Assembly (NCBI GenBank): GCA_038087875.1
Contig: CM075990.1
Coordinates: 16,804,001-16,868,000, forward strand
Direction of reading: 5' to 3'
From: Malacoraja senta
Lineage: Eukaryota
Length of the DNA: 64,000 bases
Positions 36,706 through 48,929 of this stretch are shown one piece after another; positions within the stretch are counted from its first letter, which is position 1, and every line of letters begins with the position of its first letter. The notes beneath the pieces are model-generated. The model was not told the DNA's origin and made no database searches. It saw only the letters and a list, made by a program, of their open reading frames with translations. Both the position numbers and the translations under genes were made by a program.

Positions 36706-39382
36706 CCCCGGTACATCACAGACCCGATGGGCTGAAGGGCCTATTTACAGTGCCATTAACCTGCACTTCGAGCATATTTGAATGCCTCCACCTCTAGATT
36801 ATAAAGCAGCAGTATCGACCACTCTTTGTCACCTGCACAATAATTACTCACAGACCTGCTTTCCCAGTGGAACTGATCAGGAACTAAGGAGGAAACATTT
36901 TGAGTAAAGATCTATTTATGTCCTTTTATGGAAATAATATGATCATAAAATATTGAGTGATAATGTTGTAGGCTTTCAGCTTCTTTAAGTTGCTGTTAAA
37001 ACTATCAAGATTAGCATGTAACAAAAGCCAAAGAGTGTATTTTCAAATTATCCATCGCCTGTGTGTAATCTTTTGGTTTTGAGCTCAGCAGATGATGTTA
37101 TGGACACTGATAGTTTCCAGACTTTAAAGCACACTAACTTTCTATCAAGCACTCTGTTAGAGTCCATGCAGAGTGTAGGATGTTCGACCACAAGTGAAGC
37201 CTGAGTTTCCATGAGCATATCTCATCCCATGAACGGATAACGATTGCCGAAGATACCGACATGAGAAATTCTGATCAGAGATATCTTGCAGCTGAATTTG
37301 TTGCAGGTGGATCTACGACAGGAGAGCAAGAGGCTGGGGGGTGATCTTATAGAGGTGTATAACATTGGGAGAGGGATAGATAGGGTGAATGCACAGTCTT
37401 TTACCAAGGGAAGGTGAATCAAAAACCACAGGACAAAGGTTTATAGCGAGAAGGGGCAAGATTTAATATGAACCTGAAGGGCAACTTTTTCACACAGACT
37501 TGACTTGACTTGACAGATGGTGGTGGGTGTGGAACAAGCTGCAGGAGGAGGTAGTTGAAGCTATAACAGGTTTTAAAAGACACTTGGACAGGTACGTGGA
37601 TAGGAAAGAGATATGGGCCAAACGTGGGCGAATGGGACTAGCGTAGATGGGGCATCTTGGCCGGACGTGTTTAGCCGAAGCACTAGTTTCTGTGCTGTAT
37701 GCCTCTGGGACTCTAATCTGCTTCTGAGCACCTACAAAGATATTGAGAGGTTGGGAAAGGGGAGGATTCACTCCAGTGCATTCCATATACAAAGTATATG
37801 ACTAGTTTATTCTCAGGAATTCTGTGGCACAGTGGTGCAGCTGGTAGAACTGCTGCCTCCCGGTGCCTGATAGCCGGTTTCGATCCTGACCCCTCGGGCA
37901 CTATCTGTGTGGAGTTTGCACGTCCTGCCTGTGACATTGTGGAGTTTCCACGCGCACGTGCGGGTTTGTAGATCAATTACCCTCTGTAAATTGCCCCTGG
38001 TGGATCAGAAGGTGGGATAAGATAAAACTGGTGCGAGCGGGTGATCGATGGTCGATGTTGACTCGATGGGCCGAAGGGCCTGTTTCATGCCGCATCTTTC
38101 AATCAGTTGTTATAACCACAAGAAGACGGCTACAATATGTCATCTGCATTCCTCTCATTGGGCTCATGTACCACGGTGTGTAATCCCCATTGCATCTCCC
38201 TTGCCTGTGCGTGCCTTCATTGCATGAGAATGCCTGCCTGCCTGCCTGCCTGCCTAACACCTTTCATCCTGTGACCTCCCTGCACTAAAAGGACTAGTTT
38301 AACTTCCCTGGCACGCACGTGTATGGTCCCATCAGACGGTGGCTGTCATCCACACCCATCTCCAGACATCTCACTCATGGATCTGGTCTTGGAATGTGGA
38401 AATGCAGCAGAAAATAATGAAATGAGCATGCTAACTCCCACTGGGAAACTGTGTTCCCCCTCATGGCAGGCCCTTAGGAAGCATTGTCTAGGTGGTACAC
38501 TCACTTCACCCTTTCACAGTCTTGTCTCTCTTCATTATGTATCTTCAGCCTTTCTCTCCGCAACTCCATCCCATCCTTTTGTCTATTGGTGATCATTTAA
38601 TCCCACGTCGAACTTCCATCCTTAGTTTGCTCCTCCTCTTTGTTCTGCCGCCCATTATTCTTTCACCATAGATCGACACTAAAAAGCTGGAGTAACTCAG
38701 CGGGGCAGGCAGCATCTCTGGAGGGAAGGAATGGGTGACGTTTCGGGCCGAGACCCAATCGTCAGACTTCTCTCCAGAGATGCTGCCTGCCCCGCTGAGT
38801 TACTCCAGCATTTTGCGTCTATCTTCGGTTTAAACCAGCATCTGCAGTTCCTTCCTACACATCCTTTTACCATTGCCCTTCTCCATGCCTGGCCATCACT
38901 GTCCAAGTCCGGGCATTGGGCAGTGTTGGAGGGTCAAGGACGGGCGAGACCACCACTCAACCTGTCTCTGTGGTTCCTATGGACCTGCCGCATGCTATTC
39001 TCCACATTCAACACACCCACTGCATTTGGAATGTGATTGCTATGTGAAACAAACAAATAAGCATTAATGATTACAACTCAAACAACATTCTTTCTCCTCT
39101 ATATTTCTCTCTATTTTTGCACAATAATTCATACAAGGTAAGATTATGACTGTAATTTCCAATGCATAAAGAAAAATGTTTGAATTTGCCCTTCAGTTCA
39201 AGGTTTACTGTAACTGATCATTTCCTCCACTTTGATCATTAGAAAGTATTTAGCTTCTTTCAAAATGTTTTTCCGCTGAATAGCATGATAATCGGGTTTC
39301 TTTAAGAAAGATTTATTGTCATGGTGCCAAGATGTGATGTGATAATATACTCACTTGATTCTTTCATTTGATTTTTTTTTAG

Positions 39383-39423
39383 CAGCTAAAAATTTACTTA
39401 ACAAGAAGACTGATGGAGTCAAG
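39383..39423 (+). CDS. CAMK2G: CaMKII linker exon II, 41 or 38 nt ((A)AKNLLNKKTDGVK) with TAG-CAG tandem acceptor
   Basis: T-tract followed by AG (39381-39382) and CAG (39383-39385), donor GTAGGT; phase 1 to 0. Confidence 0.94.
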
Positions 39424-39436
39424 GTAGGTTGAAGGC

Positions 39437-40174
39437 TTTGTGTGTGTGTAGGTTGTTTATTGAGTGGGGGGAGCATTCTGTATGTGGTATGTGTGTGCCT
39501 GTCTTATGTATCATATGTGCGCGTGTTTGTATAGCGTGTGGGTGTGTGTTTGTAGAGCATGTGTATGTGGGGACTGCCTTGCATCTGTGTAGCGTGTATG
39601 AGTCCGGTGCAGTGGTGTGTTGTGCAGGTGAGACAGGTGTGTGTTTGCTGTGTGCATGTGAAGCAAGTGTGTAGATGTGCTGTATTGGTGGTATGCCCTT
39701 ACACGTGGTGAATGTCAGTGTGTGTGTGGTGGGCACAGTTTTGTATTGTGTGTGTGTGGGACTGGCACAGTCATGTATTGTGTGTGTGCGTGCGTGTGTG
39801 TGTGTGTGTATGTGCGTGCGTGTGTGTGTGTGTGTGTGTGTGCGTGCGTGCGTGCGTGTGTGCATGTGTGTTGCCTGTATGGGGCACATGTGTTACATGC
39901 CATATATGTGAACAGTCTGTGTACTGTCTGTGTAGGCTTACGTTACATGCCTTACATGTACAATGAGTATGCATTGCTTGTGTGGGGCACATGTGTTACA
40001 TAGATATTGTGTGTGTGTTGCCTGTATGGGGCATATGCCACATGCCGTGTATGTGGACACAATGTCTGCCAGGGACTATGTGTGGGCACGTGCATGGAAA
40101 CATGTATGTGGGGAGGTGAGTGTGTGTGTGGGAGGTGTGTGTGGGAGCGGTTGTGTGAGTGTGTGTGGGAGGGG

Positions 40175-40207
<33 letters not shown>

Positions 40208-40740
40208 TGTGTGGGAGGGGTTGTGTGTGTGTGTGTGTGTGTGTGTGTGAGTGTGTGGGAGGGGTTGTGTGTGTGTGTGGGTGCGGTTGTGTGAGTGTGT
40301 GTGGGAGGGGTTGTGTGTGTGTGTGTGGGAGGGGTTGTGTGAGTGTGTGTGGGAGGGGTTGTGTGAGTGTGTGTGGGAGGGGTTGTGTGAGTGTATATGG
40401 GAGGGGTTGTGTGAGTGTGTGTGGGGGAGGGGTTGTGTGAGTGTGTGTGGGAGGGGTTGTGTGAGTGTGTGTGGGAGGGGTTGTGTGAGTGTATATGGGA
40501 GGGGTTGTGTGAGTGTGTGTGGGAGGGGTTGTGTGAGTGTGTGTGGGAGGGGTTGTGTGAGTGTATATGGGAGGGGTTGTGTGAGTGTGTGTGGGAGGGG
40601 TTGTGTGAGTGTGTGTGGGAGGGGTTGTGTGAGTGTGTGTGGGAGGGGTTGTGTGAGTGTGTGTGGGAGGGGTAGTGTGAGTGTGTGTGTGTGGGGTTGT
40701 GTAGTGCAGGAGGGGTTATGAGTGTATATGGGAGGGCACG
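39437..40740. repeat. GT-rich tract ending in a 22-bp minisatellite (GTGTGTGTGGGAGGGGTTGTGT/GA)
   Basis: (GT)n runs from 39437; many tandem GGGAGGGG-containing units from about 40140 to 40700. Confidence 0.95.
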
Positions 40741-41443
40741 TATGGGAGAGCCTATTCTATTTCCCAAGATTATACCCAATTATCAAAAGTGCATAAAACC
40801 TGACCAATATGGAGAGAGCAAGGGGTCTTTGCAGCAGGGGCTGGACTTCAGGTTTTCTGTAAAGGTTTACTGGAAATCTGAAATAAAAGCAAACAAAAAA
40901 ATACTCAGCAGGTCTGACTGCAGCTGTGGAGAGAAAAATAGAGTTAGCGATTCAGGACAAAGTCCTAGCATCATCATTTATAACGTGTATCTGAAGTGTT
41001 AACTCTAGATTGTGAGTAGATGTACGTCCCACCATCTGCTGCCCGTGACTCCGTGAAAGAGGTTTCTCCCATTCCCCGTGCCGATTCCACACTCCCGTTA
41101 ATGTGGGTGAATCAATAACCAACCCACACACACTCCCTCTGTCTTATTGAGCTGAATTGTGGAGCCATGGACATTTGATTTTTGCACCAGTTGATCAACT
41201 CTGTCTTTACCAGTCTGAAGGAGGGTCTCGACCCGAAACGTCTGAGTCTGAAGAAGGTTCTTGACCCGAAACGTCACCCACTCCTCTCCAGAGATGCTCA
41301 GCGGGTGCAGCAGCATCTATGGAGCGAAGGATACTGCTGCACCCGCTGAGTTTCTCCAGCATTTTTGTGTACCTGGGATTTTCCAGCATCTGCAGTTCCT
41401 TCTTAAACACCTCTCCAGAGATGCTGCCTGTTCCGCTGAGTTA

Positions 41444-41745
41444 TGGGCCTGTCCCACTTACGCAACTTTTTCGGCGACTGCCGGCACCCGTCATAACATG
41501 TTGAAAATCCAGCGGCGACCAGAAAGACACTACGACTCTTTGGGCGATTGAGGAGACGACTCACGACCATACAGGCGACACGTCGCGGGGTGAAGCCTGT
41601 ACGGTCGTGAGTAGTCGCCCAAAGAATCGTACCTTGCTCTGGTCGCTGCTGGATTTTCAACATGTTGAACATTTTCACCGACTTGCAATGACCTATGACG
41701 GGTGCCAGCAGTCGCCGAAAAAGTTGCGTAAATGGGACAGGCCCA
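41444..41745. mobile_element. PIF/Harbinger-type MITE inserted in a PLE mini-element
   Basis: Splits GCTGAG-TTA-CTCCAGC with TTA duplicated. Confidence 0.88.
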
Positions 41746-43046
41746 TTACTCCAGCATTTTGTGTCTTTACCAGCCTGCCTTTCTTTAATCTTTGCAATCA
41801 AAATACAACCTGAGCAGAAAGATGTGTCTTTTTTAGGGTTATGGAAGGCAGTGGGCAAATAGGGTCAAGTTCACAACTACATGTAAAGACTTGCCATCTA
41901 AATGTGTGAACTATGATTCTATAGAGGGTTGAACTCTAAAAGGTTGAAGATCATTTTCAATTCACATTGATCACACATAGATTAAGGGGATTACATTTGT
42001 TTCCAGATCCAAGTCATCCCGAGATTGTTCCCTTGTGATGATGACCTTTAATAGACATTCACTTTGTAATTAAACTCTTATGTTTTCAGCTTTGTTTGTT
42101 AGCATGATGGAATACTGTTCAAGTACAAGTGACAATTGGACATCTTTCTCATCGAGTATAATTAGAATTTAGATCACACTTTAACGACCTAATGCAGAAA
42201 CCAAAGTGGTCGTGCATTCTCCTATTTATGGATATGGCTTTCTGCAGATGCCCCCTTGCATTTAGGGTGATATTTCAATGTTTCGTTTTTTATTGTCACC
42301 TGTACTGACATACAGCGAGAAGCTTTTAGATATGTGTTATCCAGTCAAAGGAAAGGCTACACATGATGTGGTGGTCTTGGGGAATTGGAATTGCAAGACT
42401 TGTTGGAGGGGAAGGCAGACATGCCCATTGACAGAAGTTGCTCTGCATCTAACTCATCCAGGCATGGTCTGAATTGGTCACATCCTAAATATTATCCCTG
42501 TCTCTGATCCCAATCTCCAGTCTGCACAAATATTTGTGCTGACTCGAGAGACAAGTCGGATTAAATCAATGTCAGTGGCTGAATATAGTCAGTTGGAGGG
42601 GAGGTCAGTTTAGTTTAGTTGAGAGATACAGAGCAGAAACAGAGCCTTCGATCCCACTGAGTCCGATCCGACCACCCCCGCAAACACTAAACTATCCTAC
42701 ACACACTAGGGATTATTTACAATTTTTATCTAAGCCAATTAACTACAAACCTGTACGTCTTTGGAGTGTGGGAGGAAACCGAAGCACCCGGGGAAAACCC
42801 CGCGCAGGTCACAGGGAGAACGTACAAACTCCGTACAGACAGCACCCGCAGTCAGGACCGAACCCGGGTCTCTGGCGATGCAAGGCAGCAACTCTACTGC
42901 TGCGCCACTGTTTTGCAGACAAACCGGTCAATTTCCTAATGACATCACCCACAGTCGGCAGAACTGGTGGTCCTGAAGCTGAGCTTATAGCCCACACTCA
43001 CTTAGAGGAAGATTAATACCAAGAACGGTTGCAAACAAAAGCCTTA

Positions 43047-43386
43047 CGGGCCTGTCCCACTCACGTGACTTTTTCGGCGACTGCCTGCACCCGTCATAGG
43101 TCGTTGCAGGTCGCCGAAAATTTCCAACATGTTGAAAATCCAGCGGCGACCAGAAAGATGCTACGGCTCTTTGGGCGACTGAGGAGACGACTCACGACCG
43201 TACAGGCGAGACCCTGACGACATGTAGCGGGGTGAAGCCTGTATGGTCGTGAGTAGTGGCCCAAAGAGTCGTACCTTGTTCTGGTTGCCGCTGGATTTTC
43301 AACATGTTGAACATTTTCGGCGACCTGCTGTGACTATTACGGGTGCCGGCAGTCACCGAAAAAGTCGGGTAAGTGGGACAGGCCCA
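43047..43386. mobile_element. PIF/Harbinger-type MITE, palindromic
   Basis: TTA TSD on both sides; same subfamily as 41444-41745. Confidence 0.88.
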
Positions 43387-45044
43387 TTAGAAGACAGTGC
43401 CATTAACCTCAATTAATCATTCTCCTAAATACACAGTAGAATTGAGACTCTTATCAATATCAATTGGCGTTGAGCATCCAACCAGCCTGTGGGCTCTTTG
43501 TAAAGGTTTAAGACTGAATATTAACACATGAATGTTTAATATATTAGTAATACATTTAAATAAATATCAAATCATCTTATGGCAAACATTTGACAAATGA
43601 TTTCAAGACATTAGATTTCAATTATCTGCATGTTAAGTGTACAGTCATCCTTACAATTATGACAACAATATTATTAATATTAAATAACGTGCCACTAACA
43701 AATAAAAATACCAGTGGGTTTGTGTATGTCCTGTCTCCTAGGAAAAATTATGAGGATCTACATCTTTCATTACGTTTACCCCAGCATATTGAATCTTTCA
43801 TATTCCTATTATTAAGCTACATTTTGCTTTTGTAAACGCTGTCTGATGCTTTTCTGCTGTGTATCCATGGTAACCAAGACAGCCAGACCCAGATTATGTT
43901 GATATTCAAAGAGGCAGAATTTCTCTTTATTTATCACGGCTGTGGACGGCTGCCAGGACCAGATCTTCTGCTAAACAGGTTTCCCTGCCTTTGTTCCTTG
44001 CAATCAGCGTTTGCCTCGCTCCTCGATCTCAGGAGGTGGAGAGGAAACATAAGGCAGTTCTTATTGTCCGTCCTCCTTGAACCTGTGTCCGTATCCCCTG
44101 TGTGGTCTGTCCCACCCTGATCGGTGTAACCCCCTGTGGTCCTGCAAGCTTCCAAGACCCTTGTGCACCGTCCGTCAGCTCCGACCTCTTGCTCAGCCCT
44201 GCTGTTCATTGATCCACCATGCTTTGACCGCTTCAGTCCACTGAGAATAAAATGGGATTAGTATAGTGTAAATGGGTGCTTAATGGTCAGTACTGTCTCA
44301 ATGGGCTGAAGGGCCTGCTCATGTTCATAAGTTATAGGAGCAGAATTAGGACATTCGGCCCATCAAGTCTACTCTACCATTCAATCATGGCTGATCTATC
44401 TTTCCCTCTCAACCCCATATTCCTGCCTTCTCCCCATAACCCCTGACACCCGCACTAATAAATAACCTATCAATCTCCACCTTAAAAATATCCATTGACT
44501 TGACCTCCACAATGTATTCCACAGATTCACCTGACTAAAGAAATTCCTCCTCATCTCCTTCCTAAAGGTGCCATGGTGTCTGACTGTTAAGACAAGTTCT
44601 GAAGGTCATGAATTCCTTCACCAACCTCTTGATCTCTCATTCTCCATTTAAAAGCTCCAAGATCTTTCCTCCGTATCTTGTTATGAAACCCTGTGGTGAA
44701 AAGGGTACACTGTGAAGCATTTCTGGAGGCATTGACTGTGTTAGAGTGATGTTGCAAGGCAGTGTTTGGGGATTGTGAGGCTACTTTGGAAGGCTGATGG
44801 GGACCTTAGGAAGGATTGGATTAGACCTCGCTCACGACTGCCCCCATCGCACACCTGGCGCTATACTTAGTTTCTGCGCCCCCACCTCTCCCAACGACCT
44901 GTTGGTCCCCACTTCTACGGTCCTTCCACAAGGCAGAGCAGCCCCTTAACCTCATTATGGCCAGTTAACCTATGTCCATAGACTCAAATTGCTGGAGTAT
45001 CTCAGCGGGTCAGGCAGCACCTCTGGAGAAAAGCAATAGGTGAT

Positions 45045-45764
45045 AGAAACATAGAAACATAGAAATTAGGTGCAGGAGTAGGTCATTCGGCCCTTCGAGC
45101 CTGCACCGCCATTCAATATGATCATGGCTGATCATCCAACTCAGTATCCCGTACCTGCCTTCTCTCCATACCCCCTGATCCCTTTAGCCACAAGGGCCAC
45201 ATCTAGCTCCCTCTTAAATATAGCCAATGAACTGGCCTCGACTACCCTCTGTGGCAGAGAGTTCCAGAGATTCACCACTCTCTGTGTGAAAAAAGTTCTT
45301 CTCATCTCGGTTATAAAGGATTTCCCCCTTATCCTTAAGCTGTGACCCCTTGTCCTGGACTTCCCCAACATCGGGAGCAATCTTCCTGCATCTAGCCTGT
45401 CCAACCCCTTTAGAATTTTGTAAGTTTCTATAAGATCCCCTCTCAATCTCCTAAATTCTAGAGAGTATAAACCAAGTCTATCCAGTCTTTCTTCATAAGA
45501 CAGTCCTGACATCCCAGGAATCAGTCTGGTGAACCTTCTCTGCACTCCCTCTATGGCAATAATGTCCTTCCTCAGATTTGGAGACCAAAACTGTACGCAA
45601 TACTCCAGGTGTAGTCTCACCAAGACCCTGTACAACTGCAGTAGAACCTCCCTGCTCCTATACTCAAATCCTTTTGCTATGAAAGCTAACATACCATTCG
45701 CTTTCTTCACTGCCTGCTGCACCTGCATGCCTACTTTCAATGACTGGTGTACCATGACACCCAG
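45045..45764 (-). mobile_element. 5'-truncated CR1 LINE, same subfamily as 54370-57346
   Basis: ORF 45141..45755 is nearly identical to the C-terminus of ORF 55560..57254; same tail; interrupts a PLE-derived palindrome (about 44985-45905). Confidence 0.95.
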
Positions 45765-46611
45765 ATGTTTCAGGTTGAGACCTTTCTTCAGGCTCGACCA
45801 GAAACGTCACCTATTCCTTTTCTCCAGAGATGCTGCCTGACCCACTGAGTTACTCCAGCATTTTGTGTCTATCTCCAGTGTAAACCAGCATCTGCAGTTC
45901 CTTCACTAACCTCAGTAGATAATTGTCTAATCACTTCCTAACCATTAGCAGAGTGATGGAAGCCACCGTTGACATGCTGGCAAGGGACACGTATTCGCCA
46001 ATAACCCACCCACTGACGCCTAGTTTAGGTTGTGCCAGGATCACAGCTCTAGATCACATAATATTGGTGGTCCCAACGTGGGCCAGGGATCTGAATTCTA
46101 GAAGTGATGTAAGTGTTCTGTAGTTAAGTTTAGTGTATTATTGACACGTGTACCATGGTACAGTGAAAAACATTTTGTTGCGTGCTAACCAGTCAGCGAA
46201 AAGCCTGCATGATTACAATCCAGCCGTCCATAGTGTACAGATACAGGATAAAGGGTCTGAAGAAAGGGCTTCACCCAAAACATCGCCTATTCCTTCTCTC
46301 CATAGATGCTGCCCCACCCAGAGTTTCTCCCGCATTTTTTTGTCTACCAAGCATAAAGGGAATAACATTTAGTGTATATTATTTTTATTTTGAGTAGAGT
46401 TTAACAGGGCTTGGCAAGCAACCTGTTTGCTTCAGGTGAAATTAGGGACGGCCATTAATTGCCAGACCTGCTGGAGATACCCCCAGCCCATGTCTGAATT
46501 CTGAAGAATGAACCCTTTATTCAGCAGTTCATGGAGACTCGGTAGTCTCTGCGTGATCCCGTCCCCAGTCGGACATGTGTAGCCTGTGAAATTACCAGCT
46601 TGATGACGAGA

Positions 46612-46897
46612 GAGGAGAGGGTGAGGCAGCATCTATGGAGCGAAGGAAATAGGTGACGTTTCAGGTCGAGACCCTTCTTCAGACTGATGTGGGGGTGGGG
46701 GGGCGGGAAGAATAAAGGAAGAGGCGGAGACAGTGGGCTGTGGGAGAGCTGGGAAGGGGAGGGGAAAGAAGGAGAAAGCAGGGACTACCTGAAATTGGAG
46801 AAGTCAATGTTCATACCGCTGGGGTGTAAACTACCCAAGCGAAATATGAGGTGCTGCTGCTCCACTCGCTGAGTTTCTCCAGCATTTTTGTCTACCT
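46612..46897 (-). mobile_element. PLE 3' fragment (endonuclease C-terminus plus terminal repeat)
   Basis: Minus strand reads QHLIFRLGSLHPSGMNIDFSNFR*; flanking duplication CTTGATGA(C/T)GAGA. Further short family copies near 4218-4570, 8100-8197, 9400-9497, 9885-9970, 10470-10630, 11150-11310, 23785-24190, 26443-26570, 30220-30312, 38675-38860, 50000-50095, 52935-53097, 61482-61890. Confidence 0.8.
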
Positions 46898-48896
46898 TGA
46901 TGATGAGAATCAGTTCCCCAGTCAGCCATAAGTAGGAGCATTGAGACAGCTCTAACATGTTGGGGTGGAGGAGTGGTCATGATGTTGGCTGCTCAGTGTC
47001 TTGCCACTGTAACAAGCGGTGTCCCCGTAGGCAAGATGAAGCTGATCTTTGGCCCTGCTCTGTCTCCCAATTAAAGAAGCTGCATTATCAACTAGCAAGC
47101 CAAGTTCATTAATAGCTTGACCTATAAATAATGAGTGCATTTAGAAATGCTGTATCAAATACCAACAAAAAGGGAGTTTGGACCACATCCTCAATCTTAA
47201 CTTGCTTTGGAACTGACTGCCCCAGGAAGATGGTAGCCTCTAGGTATTACGCAGAAACCAATCCACAATGGCGGTTGCTCGTATTTAATGCTGAGTACTT
47301 TTGGAATAAACATGTAGTTTAATTTAGTTTAGTTTAGAGATACAGCGTGGAAACATGCCCAACTGCCCACTGAGTCTGCGTCAACCAGCGATCTCCACAC
47401 TGGTAGATCTACAAAGGCCACGTCTCTGGAGTGTGGGAGGAAACCGGAGCACCCGGAGAAAACCCACGCAAGTCACAGGGAGAACATGCAAACTCTACAC
47501 AGACAGCGCCCGTAGTCAGGATCGAACCCGGGTCTCTGGCGCTGTAAGGCAGTAACTCTACTGCTGGGCCACCGTGCCACCTGTTTAAATAATAGTTCAT
47601 TTAGCAGCTTAAATAATAATTTTTAATAATCTGCCATTGGAGGAATGGCTGGGAACAATAGACATGAATGTTTGACCGACCAGATCAACAGTGTCACCGG
47701 TAGCAGTAAGGTTCAACATTGTGAGTGTACAGTACTTGCCTGCTAACAACAGAATCTCCTCTAGGTTTGGGCTTGCTAACTAATTGGCTTGGCAGGTAAA
47801 AAATCTACTACGGTGTTCTTTCTGTCTCAATCAAGAGTGGAAGCATTGGATCAGCAGTAAGATTTCAGGCCATATGCTCTGCTCAGTCACACTGGTAACC
47901 ATGCCAAGTCTCTCATTTTAATTGTTTGGCCTCTCTCCATGTCTCTCGAGTGGCCATCTTACACCAAGGATACGCCTTGGCTTCAATGGCCATGTTGCAC
48001 CAATGACATACTCATAGCTGTGACAATGTCTTTGGCAAGTTCATTGTTAAATGTTCAGCACAACTTCTCCAATGCCCACCTACTACCCCCCATGTTCCAC
48101 TGGAGGCAAGGGTCATGTCCTAATATCTACTCAACTCCCTTCAAAGGTACAATGGTTTCTTTATTATCACGTGTACCAAGGTACAGTGAACTACTTCTTT
48201 TTGCATACAGCCCAGCAAGAGCATCACCATACATAAGCACAACCCCCCAGTTAGTACAGAGTGTATACGACAGTCTATAAGCAAGAGTCGCCATGTTGGC
48301 ACCAATTTACAGTCTCAGCTGCATCTGGCCACAAAGGGCCATTGCAGCCGTCGCCCCCATTCTGATCTTCCCGCAAACCATCGTCCCAATCCTTGCAGCC
48401 GACCTTTAGGGTCTGGAAGGTAAGCCCCCCCCCTCCAGTTCTTCATACCAAGCCTCTCCACTAATTCCTGTATCTCAATCACTGCTCCACTTCAACCTCT
48501 GGTCAACAAACCCTTGACTTGTAACAACTGTGAAGGATTAAAAAAAGACAGCTACAATTTACAATTTTACTGAAGTCAATTAACCTACAAACGTCTTGTA
48601 CGTCTTTGGAGTGTGGGAGGAAACCGGAGCGCCTGGAGAAAACCCACGCAGTTTACGGGGAGAACATACAAACTCTGTACAGACAGCACCCGTAGTCAGG
48701 ATTGAACCCAGGTCTCTGGCGCTGTAAGGCAGCAACTCTACCGCTGCGCCACAGTGCCGTCTCAATTAGAAGGTATCTCTGGCAAACCCATGTTGTAATT
48801 ACAATCCATCTGTCCCTCCTCAAAACCTTTGTGCTTCTCCGATCTAACCAGTGGCAATGTCTTGTTCTTTTCCTCCTCGTGCACTGAACTGTACAG

Positions 48897-48929
48897 AAAA
48901 GGAAGTCCAGTTGCTGTGTCCCTTTAATG
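48897..48929 (+). CDS. CAMK2G: CaMKII NLS-type cassette exon, 33 nt (KRKSSCCVPLM)
   Basis: CTAAC at 48844-48848, pyrimidine tract, tacAG acceptor, GTGAGG donor; phase 0-0. Homologous in length, position and sequence to the KRKSSSSV(Q/H)(L/M)M exon of alphaB/gammaA/deltaB. Confidence 0.88.
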
